Source of the DNA: Elainellaceae cyanobacterium
GTDB lineage: Bacteria > Cyanobacteriota > Cyanobacteriia > CAZCXK01
Assembly (NCBI GenBank): GCA_051117555.1
Contig: JBNPEG010000063.1
Location: forward strand, 1-53,371
DNA length: 53,371 nucleotides
Direction of reading: 5' to 3'
This document shows, piece by piece, positions 37,564 to 48,700 of the stretch. Position 1 is the first letter of the stretch. Every line of letters starts with the position of its first letter. The position numbers were made by a program, and so were the translations under genes. Under the pieces are notes generated by a model. That model saw only the letters and a list, made by a program, of their open reading frames with translations, was not told the origin of the DNA and ran no database searches.

Positions 37564-38937
37564 ATGTCTGACCAGCCATTGCTAACAGAAAATATTGACT
37601 CACCCGCTCCAGCCAGTGATGCAACCGCCTCAGAGTCATCTTCTAAAGCGCGATCGCGCTGGCTAATCGGGTTGGGCGTCATCGGATTGCTATTGACGAT
37701 CGGGACACCCTTTGTCAAAACTCAGCTCACAGCTCAAGAAACCGAAACCGCTGAGGCCAGGGCAGCCACCCCTTTAGCCGTAGAAACATTGACCGTCGAA
37801 GCCGTCGATAGCTACACCACCTCTCGCTCCTACACAGGAGAGATTGCCGCCCTGCGGAGCAGCGATTTAGGGTTCACCCGTGGGGGCGAACTGGTGCAGG
37901 TCCTGGTGGAGGAGGGCGATCGCGTCACCACTGGGCAACCCCTCGCCCAACTCGACACCCAAAACCTGCTCACCCAGCGACGGCAGCTCGAAGCCCAAAT
38001 AGCCGAAGCTCAAGCACGATTGCTGGAGCTAGAGCGGGGAGCCCGCCAGGAGGATATCGCCGCTGCCCAGGCGGACGTTCGGGATATTGAAAGCCAGCTA
38101 CGACTTCAGGAACAGCAGCGATCGCGGCGAGAATTTCTCTATGACCAGGGGGCTATTTCGCAAGAGCAACTGGATGAATTCGCCTACGGAGCCGAAACCC
38201 TAGAAGCGCGTCTGGATAGAGCTAAAAGCAACCTCAATGTACTCCTCAACGGCACCCGTCCTGAACAGGTCGCTGCTCAGCGGGCGGTCGTCCAGCAGCT
38301 TGACGCCAGCATTGCCGACCTGGATGTTGACCTCAGCAAAAGCACCCTCAAAGCGCCCTTCGATGGCATCGTTGCCGATCGGCAAGTGGATGAGGGCGTC
38401 GTGATGGGAGCCGGACAGTCCGTGGTACGGCTGGTGGAGAACGAAGCGCCCGAAGTCCGCATTGGTATGCCTGAAAACGCCGCGAGTCGTCTGCAACCGA
38501 GTACGCCTGTCACTGTGAACTTAGGAACCGAACGGTACACCGCTTCCATCAAATCCGTCCTGCCCGAAGTCGCCCCCGACACCCGCACCCAAATCGTCAT
38601 CTTTCAGCTAGAACCAGCCGCCCTGTCTCGCATCAACCCTGGTCAGACCGCCCGAGTCGAGCTGACCGAAACGATTCCCACTGGCGGAATTTGGGTACCC
38701 ACCCAGGCGTTAACTCAGGACATTCGGGGACTGTGGAGCGCCTATGTCCTCGTCCCTACCAATGCCGCCGAAACGGCTGCTGACGGGGACACTTACCAAG
38801 TGCAGCCCAAATCCGTCGAGATTCTGCATCAGGAAAGTGACCGGGTGTTGGTACGAGGCACCTTGCAAGCAGGCGATCGCATCGTCGCCAACGGCGTCCA
38901 CCGTCTCGTTCCTAGCCAGCAGGTCCGCCCTTTGTAA
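37564..38937 (+). CDS. RND efflux periplasmic adaptor (membrane fusion protein)
   Basis: N-terminal TM, biotinyl-lipoyl-like VLVEEGDRV and LKAPFDGIV motifs, long coiled coil. Confidence 0.93.
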   Translation: MSDQPLLTENIDSPAPASDATASESSSKARSRWLIGLGVIGLLLTIGTPFVKTQLTAQETETAEARAATPLAVETLTVEAVDSYTTSRSYTGEIAALRSSDLGFTRGGELVQVLVEEGDRVTTGQPLAQLDTQNLLTQRRQLEAQIAEAQARLLELERGARQEDIAAAQADVRDIESQLRLQEQQRSRREFLYDQGAISQEQLDEFAYGAETLEARLDRAKSNLNVLLNGTRPEQVAAQRAVVQQLDASIADLDVDLSKSTLKAPFDGIVADRQVDEGVVMGAGQSVVRLVENEAPEVRIGMPENAASRLQPSTPVTVNLGTERYTASIKSVLPEVAPDTRTQIVIFQLEPAALSRINPGQTARVELTETIPTGGIWVPTQALTQDIRGLWSAYVLVPTNAAETAADGDTYQVQPKSVEILHQESDRVLVRGTLQAGDRIVANGVHRLVPSQQVRPL

Positions 38938-39048
38938 TGGCGAGGCATTCTATCTCATATGTTCTAGGAAATTGCATTCGTAGTTCCTAGAATGCTTCGC
39001 CCCTACGCACCACCCATCCACCCATCCACCCATCCACCCATCCACCCC
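38934..39048. repeat. REP-like inverted pair plus (CCACCCAT)n octamer tandem repeat
   Basis: GGCGAGGCATTC...GAATGCTTCGCC inverted pair (about 38939-39001), followed by about 4.5 CCACCCAT units (39010-39047). Confidence 0.75.
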
Positions 39049-39054
39049 TCATTC

Positions 39055-42000
39055 ATGGTTCGCCCCTTCTTCACCAACCTCCGACTCCTCGCCCTGACGA
39101 TCATCCTGCTGCTGGGCTGGGGCCTTTCCTCCTACCAGTCCTTGCCGCGGCAGGAAGATCCGCAGTTGGTGCCGCGGGTTGCGGTCATCACGACGGCTTT
39201 TCCCGGTGCCAGCGCCGAGCGGGTCGAAGCCCTGGTTACCACCGTACTTGAAGAGGAACTGGCCGAGATTGAAGAAATCAGCGTAATTGAGTCAGACTCG
39301 CGAGTCGGCTTCTCAACGGTGTCAGTAGAGCTGTCGGAGGCGATTGATAACGCTCAACCCATCTGGTCCAAGGTGCGGGATGAGATGGAAGATGCCACCA
39401 CGCGATTCCCGTCTGGAGTCGTGGAACCGGAGCTATCGGAGGTGTTAGTCAAAGCCTATACCTTCGTCGCCGCCCTGACGTGGGACCTGCCGGACGAACC
39501 AAACTATGCCGTGCTGAGTCGCTACGCTGACGAACTAGGCGTCATCCTGCGGGGACTGAACGGCACTGAAGAAGTTGAGTTTTTTGGTAATCCGGATGAA
39601 GAAATTTTAGTAGAAATCAATGCGCCGGAACTCGTCGGCGTCGGGCTGTCTCCCCAAGAATTGGCGAATCAAATCAGCTTGAACGATGCCAAAGCCAGTG
39701 CTGGACAGCTACGCACCGCCGAAGAGACCTTTGCGATCGAGGTAGAAAGCGAACTCGAAACCACGGAACAGATTCGCCAGATTCCCATCCAGGCTAGCAG
39801 CGGTCAGTTTACCCGTCTCAGCGATATTGCTAGCGTGAGTCGAGGTGTCCGCTATCCTCTCAGCGATCAGGCGATTGTGGGCGGCCAACCTGCGGTTGTG
39901 CTGGGGGCCATGATGCAGTCGGGGGTACGCATTGACCAATGGGTTAACAGTGCGCGCAGGGCCGTGGATGATTTCCGCGATCGCACCCCCGCAGGCATGA
40001 GCCTGAACGTTATTTTTGACCAGAGTAGCTATGTCGAAAACCGCATTAGTACGCTGATGCTCAACCTGATGCTAGGGGCCTTTCTGGTGTTTGGCGTCAC
40101 CCTGATAGCGATGGGATGGCGATCAGCCTTGGTAATCGGCACCGCTTTGCCCTTCACTATCTTCGCCGTGTTTGGCTGGATGGCAGTACTCGGTGTGCCG
40201 ATTCATCAGATGTCGGTAACGGGGCTGATCATCGCGTTGGGCTTGCTAATCGACAACGCGATCGTCGTGGTGGATGAAATTCAGGCTGACATCCAGCAGG
40301 GGGCCAATCCCCTTCATGCGGCAACCAAAACGGTGAACTACCTGAAGGTGCCGCTGCTGGCCTCCACCGCGACCACGGTGCTGACCTTTTTACCCATCTA
40401 TCTGCTGCCGGGTTCTGCTGGAGAATTTGTCGGCTCGATCGCCCTGGGGGTCATTCTGGCCATCCTCTCATCGCTGATCCTCTCGCTGACGGTGATTGCT
40501 GCGTTGGCTGCCCGTGCGCTGGGTCAAGACAATTCCCCGGAGCCGCAATGGCGGAATTCGGGGCAAGGTGTTTGGGGCAAAATCCGCCGATTTCTAAGCC
40601 AGCCGAGAGCTTGGTGGAATGAGGGGCTATCGCTGCCGCGTCTAGCGCGGCTCTATCGCGGGTCGATGGGTCGAACGGTGTCCCGACCGCTGATGGCGAT
40701 CGCCATCACCCTATCCATTCCCTTGATCGGCTTTATCTCAGCCGGGACGCTAGAAAACCAGTTCTTTCCCTTACTGGATCGAGACCAGTTCCATATTGAG
40801 ATGGAGTTTGCTTCTCAAACTTCCATCGAGCAAACCCGTGAGCAGGTGCTACAGGCCCGCGACGTCATCCTCCAGCATGAGAACGTGGCCGAGGTGTACT
40901 GGTTCGTAGGGGAGAGTGCGCCCCGCTTCTACTACAACCTGACGGGCGATCGCCAGAATCAGCCCTACTACGCCCAGGCGATGGTGCAGCTCAAGTCTGA
41001 AGCCGGTGTGGAGTCGCTGGTGCGAGAAGTCCAGGCAGAACTGAGCGACCTATTCCCATCGGCCCGCGTCATTGTGCAGAAGTTCCAGCAGGGACCACCT
41101 TTTGATGCGCCGGTCGAGATGCGAATTTACGGCCCGAACCTGGAAGAACTACGCCGCCTCGGCATGGAAGTCCGAGAACTAATGACGACCCTTCCCGATG
41201 TGGTTCAGGTGCGGGACGATCTGACAGAAGGACAGCCCAAGCTGGGACTCTACCTAGACGATGAGCAGGTGCGACAGGCGGGATTGACCAACACCGAAAT
41301 CGCGCAGCAGCTCGATGCCTATTCCGAAGGGATTACGGGCGGGGCAATTCTGGAATCCACCGAAAACCTGCCGGTGCGGGTGCGCTTGACCAATCGCGAT
41401 CGCGCTAGTCTGGAGACGCTGGCCTCTCTGGATCTACGACCCCAACAGGCCCAAGATCGGGGCTTTCGTCCCACCTCTGCCCTGGGCGAATTCGAACTGG
41501 TGCCCCAGTTAGCCACCATTGCCCGCCGCAATGAGCAGCGGGTGAATACAGTACAGGCTTTTATCACCGCTGGCGTGTTGCCCAGCACTGTCCTCACCGC
41601 CCTTCAAGAACGCCTGGAGGTAGCCAACTTTGAACTTCCCCCCGGCTACCGCTACGAATTTGGCGGCGAGTATGAAGAACAAAACAGCGCCGTTGGCAAC
41701 CTATTGCTGTTCGTGCCTATTCTGGTGCTGGGCATGGTAACGGCCTTGGTGCTGTCCCTGGGCTCGTTTCGGCAGGCGGGCATCATTGCTGTGGTCGCAG
41801 TCGGCTCCGTCGGCATGGCGCTACTGTCCCTTAAGGTGTTTGGGGCGGTGCTAGGCTTCATGGCGATCGTCGGCACGATGGGTCTGATTGGAATTGCCAT
41901 CAACGACTCCATCGTCGTGCTCACCTCCCTCAATGAAGATGCCGACGCCAGAAAAGGGGAGCCTAAAGCGGTACAGAGAGTCGTGCTACGAGCAACGCGC

Positions 42001-42240
42001 CACGTCCTCACCACCACCGCAACGACGATTATCGGTTTCGTGCCGCTACTAGCCGATGGTGATCCGTTTTGGCGACCGCTGGCGATTGCGATCGCGGGCG
42101 GCATTTCTGGCGCGACGCTCTTGGCCTTATACTTTGTTCCCGCTGCCTACGTCCTGGTAAAACGGGGGCAATCTAACCGAGATCGCTCGCATTTTGTAGA
42201 CAATCCCGATAGTACATTGATGGAGCACTCTGCTCCATAA
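39055..42240 (+). CDS. RND efflux permease (AcrB/AcrD/AcrF family)
   Basis: FPGASAERVE, GLLIDNAIVVVDEI, GIAINDSIV and FWRPLAIAIAGG. ATG at 39055 chosen because the ORF-track start runs through the tandem repeat. Confidence 0.95.
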   Translation: MVRPFFTNLRLLALTIILLLGWGLSSYQSLPRQEDPQLVPRVAVITTAFPGASAERVEALVTTVLEEELAEIEEISVIESDSRVGFSTVSVELSEAIDNAQPIWSKVRDEMEDATTRFPSGVVEPELSEVLVKAYTFVAALTWDLPDEPNYAVLSRYADELGVILRGLNGTEEVEFFGNPDEEILVEINAPELVGVGLSPQELANQISLNDAKASAGQLRTAEETFAIEVESELETTEQIRQIPIQASSGQFTRLSDIASVSRGVRYPLSDQAIVGGQPAVVLGAMMQSGVRIDQWVNSARRAVDDFRDRTPAGMSLNVIFDQSSYVENRISTLMLNLMLGAFLVFGVTLIAMGWRSALVIGTALPFTIFAVFGWMAVLGVPIHQMSVTGLIIALGLLIDNAIVVVDEIQADIQQGANPLHAATKTVNYLKVPLLASTATTVLTFLPIYLLPGSAGEFVGSIALGVILAILSSLILSLTVIAALAARALGQDNSPEPQWRNSGQGVWGKIRRFLSQPRAWWNEGLSLPRLARLYRGSMGRTVSRPLMAIAITLSIPLIGFISAGTLENQFFPLLDRDQFHIEMEFASQTSIEQTREQVLQARDVILQHENVAEVYWFVGESAPRFYYNLTGDRQNQPYYAQAMVQLKSEAGVESLVREVQAELSDLFPSARVIVQKFQQGPPFDAPVEMRIYGPNLEELRRLGMEVRELMTTLPDVVQVRDDLTEGQPKLGLYLDDEQVRQAGLTNTEIAQQLDAYSEGITGGAILESTENLPVRVRLTNRDRASLETLASLDLRPQQAQDRGFRPTSALGEFELVPQLATIARRNEQRVNTVQAFITAGVLPSTVLTALQERLEVANFELPPGYRYEFGGEYEEQNSAVGNLLLFVPILVLGMVTALVLSLGSFRQAGIIAVVAVGSVGMALLSLKVFGAVLGFMAIVGTMGLIGIAINDSIVVLTSLNEDADARKGEPKAVQRVVLRATRHVLTTTATTIIGFVPLLADGDPFWRPLAIAIAGGISGATLLALYFVPAAYVLVKRGQSNRDRSHFVDNPDSTLMEHSAP

Positions 42241-42380
42241 CCGCGAGTCCCGATAAAGACAGCGGCATTTGTTGTCTAACGACCTCGTTCGCCCGCCGCT
42301 GGTAGCCTTTAATGGAAATATCTATTAGAGACACGGCACCCCTATAGGATGGGCACGCGGTGCTTTGCCTATCGCATCAA

Positions 42381-42962
42381 CTAGAAAGGAGTCCCCTTTT
42401 CCCGTCGCTGTCGTTGAAGTGCCTCTTCATACCATTCCAACTCGTCTAAAAATTGTCCTATCCGTTTTTCTAGCGATGACTGCTGCGGCACTCCCTCGTC
42501 ATCGAGGGCATCAGCAATTTTGGAAATCGCAAAAATGTTTGAAATCGTAGGCATTCCCATTTCAGTAAGAAACGCTCGTAGTTGAATTGACGCCCGAACG
42601 CCACCAAAGCCACCTACTGAATAGCAAAGGATGGCAGCGGGGCGAAAAAAGTATTCTTCTAAATAGTGATCCATCAAGTTACTCAACCCTGGCTGAATGG
42701 AATGATTGTATTCACCGGCTACGACAACAAACCCATCAGCGGTGCGAATATGGTCGGCGAGGTCTTCCATCTTGGCGGGAGCCTGACCCGTCTCATACTC
42801 TTTATACATGCGATCGAGGATACCAAAGTCGTAGTCTTGCGCATCGGCAAAGATCACCGTATGCCCGCGCTGATTAAGCTGATTGATGATGAATTTAGCA
42901 GCCTTAATTCCTTGGCGATCGCGCCGGTAAGACCCATAAAATACGACTGTTTTAAAGCTCAT
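42381..42962 (-). CDS. NADPH-dependent FMN reductase
   Basis: YGSYRRDRQG, EYNHSIQPGLSNLMD and YSVGGFGGVRA; AAGGAG RBS. Confidence 0.92.
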   Translation of the reverse strand: MSFKTVVFYGSYRRDRQGIKAAKFIINQLNQRGHTVIFADAQDYDFGILDRMYKEYETGQAPAKMEDLADHIRTADGFVVVAGEYNHSIQPGLSNLMDHYLEEYFFRPAAILCYSVGGFGGVRASIQLRAFLTEMGMPTISNIFAISKIADALDDEGVPQQSSLEKRIGQFLDELEWYEEALQRQRREKGTPF

Positions 42963-43164
42963 TTGATATATCTCCTTCAGTGAATCGGTAGAAATCTAGC
43001 GACGCTCATTACCGAGTTTGACGTATTGAATTAAAGATTACGAAGATTAAAATTACGCTTAGGATGAGTGCATTTATCTAAGAAAATCTAAATTTCCCAT
43101 TTACAGGAGTTCGTATAAAGGGATGACGTTTCTATATCAGAGCCGATATGCTCGTATTGATTTG

Positions 43165-43264
43165 TATAGCCGTACGCTCTCGCGTTAGGACGCTGAACGT
43201 GGGCGAGCCCCCGCGCCGCAGTAGGTGGGGGCTCACCACACAAACCTGAGCCCGTATGGCTATA
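43165..43264 (+). mobile_element. ~100-bp MITE-like dispersed repeat, copy 3
   Basis: TATAGCCGTACG...CGTATGGCTATA ends; aligns with copies 1 and 2. Confidence 0.85.
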
Positions 43265-43351
43265 GTCACTCGTTGGCGATCGCCCAATCCAATATCGTGT
43301 CACGTCCGCCCTGGGGTTTGTCCTACGGGCGGTTTATTAAAGCAAGGAGCA

Positions 43352-45418
43352 ATGACCGTGGCATATCTGTGGCAGGCGGGTGGAATGAACTGGCTGGGCC
43401 AGATTCATGGTGTGTTGTCAGGTCCGATTCAAGACCCGGTTCGAGTCTTTCTGATTATTGTGGCGATCATGCTCATCGCTCCGCTGATATTTGAGCGGCT
43501 TAAAATGCCTGGGATTATCGGGCTAATTTTGGCGGGGGTGGTAGTAGGTCCGCACGGGCTGAATATTCTAGAGCGAGATGAAACCATTGAATTACTCGGT
43601 ACGGTTGGGCTCTTGTTTCTAATGTTTTTGGGTGGCTTAGAAACCAGCCTCAACGACCTCAAAGGCAATGCGGATAAGGCCATTGTGTTTGGGTTAGCTA
43701 CGTTTATTTTGCCAATGGCGATCGGCACAGGGGCGATGTTGCTGCTGGGCTATGGGGGATTGGCAGCCGTCTTGGTGGCGTCGTGTTTTGCGTCACATAC
43801 CCTGGTAGCATTGCCTATTCTTTCTCGGCTGGGCATCATGCGATCGCCCTCCATCACAACGACTCTAGGGGCAACCCTGATCACCAATATTCTGGCCCTA
43901 CTTGTCTTGGCCGTAGTCGTTAAAGCCAATGATGGCGAATTGACTATCGGCTTTTGGCTATTTCTAATTCCTGCCCTGACAATTTACACTATCGCAACTC
44001 TGGTAGGGGTTCCATACTTGGGACGATGGTTTTTTAAGCAGTTTGGACATGACGAAGGGGCAGAATTTATCTTCGTGCTGGCGACGCTGTTTGTGATTTC
44101 GGTGCTTGCAGATTTGATTGAGATCGAGCCGATCGTGGGGGCATTTCTTGCTGGAATTGCGCTCACTCCGCTGATTCCTCAGCTTAGCCCGCTGATGAAT
44201 CGGCTCCAGTTTATTGGAAATACGCTGTTTGTGCCGATTTTCCTCATTTCTGTTGGCATGTTGGTCGACCCGCTGGTGCTGATTCGCGAACCGCAGTCGA
44301 TTTTGGTGGCAACGGTGATGATTGGGGCAGAGCTGTCGAGTAAGTTTCTCGCAGCGTGGGGTGCCGGAAAATTCTGCCGATTTCCGTTTCCCAATGTCAT
44401 GGTGATGTTTGGCTTGTCGCTAGCTCAGGCGGCATCCACCCTGGCGGCAATTACCGTGGCATTTAATATTGATCTGGTCGATGAGCTGACCGTAAACGGC
44501 ACGATCGCCATGATTTTGGTCAGTTGTGTGGCGTCGCCGTGGGTGGTGTCTCGCTGGGGAAAGCAGGTCAATGTCGCCTCTCGCCCCGCTCAAGAAACGA
44601 ATCAGTCAAAAGAATGGGGCGATCGCGTTTTGGTGCCCGTTGCCAACCCCAGCACTGAAAATCACCTGCTTCAGCTTGGGCTATTTTTGGTCAAGCGAGT
44701 GAATGGCACCCTCTTACCGATTCATGTAATTGCTGATTCTGGAGATGCGATTGATCCAGAGGCGATCGCCCAGCAAAATCGGCTGCTCGAAGCGGCTGAG
44801 CAACTGGCTCATGGAGCCGTTGCCCTGGTTGAGCCCATTGGTCGAGTGGATGAGTCGATTGACAAGGGCATTATTCGATCGGCAGTCGAGCGAAAAGCAA
44901 GCCTGATCATTTGCGGCTGGAAAGGCTATTCGACTTACAAAGAAAATTTCTTTGGCGGCGTGTTAGACAACGTGGTGCGGCTGGCGAGTGTGCCTGTCCT
45001 GATCACCCGCTTTCCTGAACCCATTCGCCATGTTGAGCGGGTGGTATTGGCAGCCGCCGAGATGGAAACGACTCCCAACGAGCTGAATCGGTCAATCATT
45101 TTAGCGAAGATGCTAGCCGAAGAACTCAAAGCCTCGCTTCACGTGGTAAAAGTCGTCAGCCGAGGCACTAAGATCCAATCTAAGGTTCAGTCCCAGCCCT
45201 CCGAATCCTCACTGCAATCAGCAACACCAATCCGAGAAATTCGAGGCAATTTTGTGAATGCGGTGTCTCGGCAACTAGAGCCCAGGGATTTGCTGCTGAT
45301 TACCGCAAGTACTCATCGCATCGGAGAACCCGTCGTCGGACGAGAACCCGAAGCGATCGCCCGTCGCCGCCCTACCAATTCGATGATTATTGTCCATTAT
45401 CCTCGGCTTAGCGAGTAA
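43352..45418 (+). CDS. Cation:proton antiporter (CPA2) with C-terminal USP-like domains
   Basis: GLILAGVVVGP, IVGAFLAG and PIFLISVGM motifs, then RVLVPVANP (USP). ATG at 43352 follows AAGGAG. Confidence 0.9.
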   Translation: MTVAYLWQAGGMNWLGQIHGVLSGPIQDPVRVFLIIVAIMLIAPLIFERLKMPGIIGLILAGVVVGPHGLNILERDETIELLGTVGLLFLMFLGGLETSLNDLKGNADKAIVFGLATFILPMAIGTGAMLLLGYGGLAAVLVASCFASHTLVALPILSRLGIMRSPSITTTLGATLITNILALLVLAVVVKANDGELTIGFWLFLIPALTIYTIATLVGVPYLGRWFFKQFGHDEGAEFIFVLATLFVISVLADLIEIEPIVGAFLAGIALTPLIPQLSPLMNRLQFIGNTLFVPIFLISVGMLVDPLVLIREPQSILVATVMIGAELSSKFLAAWGAGKFCRFPFPNVMVMFGLSLAQAASTLAAITVAFNIDLVDELTVNGTIAMILVSCVASPWVVSRWGKQVNVASRPAQETNQSKEWGDRVLVPVANPSTENHLLQLGLFLVKRVNGTLLPIHVIADSGDAIDPEAIAQQNRLLEAAEQLAHGAVALVEPIGRVDESIDKGIIRSAVERKASLIICGWKGYSTYKENFFGGVLDNVVRLASVPVLITRFPEPIRHVERVVLAAAEMETTPNELNRSIILAKMLAEELKASLHVVKVVSRGTKIQSKVQSQPSESSLQSATPIREIRGNFVNAVSRQLEPRDLLLITASTHRIGEPVVGREPEAIARRRPTNSMIIVHYPRLSE

Positions 45419-45481
45419 TTCATCACGGCTAGTCGGTTGCAAGCTTTCGATTTTGAGGCAATACATTTATACTGATTGTGA

Positions 45482-45523
45482 GATAGTTGCGAATTGATAG
45501 TTGCAAATTGATAGTTGCAATTA
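45482..45523. repeat. 14-bp tandem repeat x3 (GATAGTTGCAAATT)
   Basis: Units at 45482, 45496 and 45510, in the dnaE upstream region. Confidence 0.8.
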
Positions 45524-45755
45524 ACAAACAAACGGCGATCGCGTCATAGCATGTCTGGCTTTAGAGCTGGATATTTGGAGTGAAATTCAACTCACACTCG
45601 AAGCGACGCAACCGAACCATTTCAAACATCATACGGGTATAGGAAATATCCACCACATATAGAGCAATATTCTGCAAATCTCGGCTAGTAAAGACTAGAT
45701 ATAGAGACGAAAATCCGTTACGCTAAACTCAATCCTGACTGATGGTTTGAGCGAT

Positions 45756-48700
45756 ATGTCTTTTGTGGGTCTGCACATTCACAGCGATTACAGTTTGCTT
45801 GATGGGGCGAGTCAGTTGCCTCACTTGGTTGAGCGGGCAATTGAGCTCAATATGCCGGCGATCGCCCTCACCGATCACGGGGTCATGTACGGAGCCGTCG
45901 AACTCCTCAAACTGTGCAAGGGCAAAGGCATTAAGCCCATCATCGGCAACGAAATGTATGTGATCAATGGCGACATCACCAAGCAAGAGCGTCGCCCCAA
46001 ATATCATCAGGTCATATTAGCCAAGAATACTCAGGGCTATAAAAGCCTCGTCAAACTCACGACCATTTCTCACCTGCAAGGCGTTCAAGGGAAAGGAATT
46101 TTTTCTCGCCCGTGTATTAACAAAGAGCTTCTAGAGCAGTATTGTGAGGGACTGATCGTCACGAGCGGCTGTCTTGCCGGAGAGGTTCCCCAAGCAATTT
46201 TGCAGGGCAAGCCCGAGATTGCCAAGCGAGTCGCTACGTGGTATCGAGATCTATTTGGAGATGACTATTACCTAGAGATTCAAGATCACGGGCTGCCAGA
46301 GGAGCGGATCGTCAATCCTCACATTGTCAGAATCGCGAAAGAACTCGGCATCAAACTGATTGCCACCAATGATTCTCACTACATCTCGTGTTTCGATGTC
46401 GAAGCGCACGATGCGCTGCTCTGCATTCAAACGGGCAAGCTGATTACCGAAGACAAGCGTCTGCGCTATACGGGCACAGAATATTTAAAGTCAGCCGATG
46501 AGATGCGGCAACTGTTTCGCGATCATTTGACAGACGACGTAATTGATGAGGCGATCGCCAATACCCTAGAAGTTGCTAACAAAATCGAAGAGTATGACAT
46601 CTTAGGCGAGCCGCGCATTCCCGATTATCCCGTCCCGGATGGATACACCCCGGCCACCTATCTTCGTGAGGTAACAACGCAGGGATTAGTCAAGCGGCTC
46701 AACTGCGGTTCGGCTGATGCGATCGAGCCCCGATACAGCGATCGCCTCGCCTACGAACTCAACATGATGGAGCAGATGGGCTTTTCCACCTACTTCCTCG
46801 TCGTGTGGGACTATATCAAATTTGCGCGCGATCACGACATCCCCGTGGGGCCAGGTCGAGGATCAGCGGCGGGTTCTCTCGTGGCCTATGCTCTCGGAAT
46901 CACCAACATTGACCCGGTGCATCATGGGCTGCTATTTGAGCGATTTCTGAATCCTGAACGCAAATCAATGCCCGATATTGACACCGACTTCTGCATTGAA
47001 AAGCGAGATCAGGTGATTCAGTATGTGACCGAGAAATATAGCACTGAGCGGGTCGCTCAAATCATTACCTACAACCGCATGACCTCGAAAGCCGTGCTCA
47101 AGGATGTGGCACGGGTGCTCGATGTTCCCTATGGCGATGCCGATCGAATGGCAAAACTGATTCCAGTCGTGCGCGGCAAGCCGACCAAGCTCAAGGTGAT
47201 GATCTCAGACGACACGCCCGCTCCTGAATTCAAAGAGAAATATGAACAAGATGCCCAAGTGCGTCGCTGGTTAGATATGGCGCTTCGCATCGAAGGCACC
47301 AATAAAAGCGTGGGCATCCATGCAGCAGGGGTTGTGATTTCGGCGCAACCGCTTGACGAGATTGTGCCGCTCCAGCGCAACAAAGATAACGCCGGAATCG
47401 TGACTCAATACTCCATGGAAGATATTGAGTCGATGGGGCTGCTCAAGATGGACTTTTTGGGGCTTAAAAACCTGACGATGATTCAGAAGACGGTCGATCT
47501 CGTTCAGCAAAACCGACAGACAACCTTAGATCTTGACCATATTTCCCTGGATGATGCTGAGACGTATAAGCTGTTAGCACGAGGCGATCTAGCGGGCATC
47601 TTTCAGCTTGAATCATCGGGGATGCGCCAGATTGTGCGCGATCTCAAGCCCTCTGGTTTAGAAGATATTTCGTCTGTGTTGGCGCTCTACCGTCCGGGGC
47701 CACTGGATGCTGGGCTGATTCCAAAATTTATCAACCGCAAACACGGGCGAGAGAGGATTGACTATCCCCACGAAATTCTAGAGCCGATTCTCAATGAAAC
47801 GTACGGCATCATGGTCTACCAAGAACAGATCATGAAAATTGCCCAAGATATGGCGGGCTATTCGCTAGGACAGGCTGACTTGCTGCGTCGGGCCATGGGT
47901 AAGAAAAAGATGGCAGAAATGCAGAAGCACCGCAGCATCTTCATTGAAGGGGCGCAGAAAAACGGAGTCAAGCAAAAGGTCGCAGAAGACCTGTTTGATC
48001 AGATGGTGCTGTTTGCAGAATATTGCTTTAACAAATCCCACTCGACTGCCTACGGATATGTGACCTTTCAAACCGCATATCTGAAGGCAAATTACCCAAC
48101 TGAATATATGGCCGCGCTGCTGACTTCTAATAGCGGCGACCAGGACAAAGTGCAGCACTACATCGCGAACTGCGTCTCAATGGGGATTGAGGTTGAGCCG
48201 CCGGATATTAACCGATCTCGGGTTGACTTCACGCCGTTGAGCGATCGCATTTTGTTTGGGCTGTCTGCGGTGCGTAATGTCGGGCAGGGGGCGATCGAGT
48301 GCGTTTTAGAAACGCGAGACAAAGATGGGCTGTTTGAGTCGCTCGCTGAGTTGTGCGATCGCGTCGATTTGAGAGCTGTGAATCGACGCGCGTTAGAAGC
48401 GCTCATTCAGTGTGGTGCACTCGACACGCTCAACCCAAATCGCAATCAGCTCATGCATGATTTGGAGCCCGTAATTGAGTGGGCACAGTCTCGTGCTAGG
48501 GATCGAGAAGTTGGGCAGGGAAATCTGTTTGACATGCTCGGCGGCAGCGCAGATACTGCTAGCTCGTCTGGATTTGAAGTTTCTCCTAAAGCGGCTCCAG
48601 TCGAAGATTTTCCGCCCCAAGAAAAACTCAAGCTAGAAAAAGAATTGCTGGGTTTCTATATCTCCGACCATCCGCTGAAGTCGGTGCAGAAGGCATCCCA

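Noticed and set aside
38992..39054. N-terminal extension MLRPYAPPIHPSTHPPIHPSF of the RND permease
   Set aside because: It is a translation of the REP and CCACCCAT repeats; ATG 39055 is more plausible.
43256..43351. ORF-track start of the antiporter
   Set aside because: The start codon lies within the MITE end; ATG 43352 has an AAGGAG RBS.
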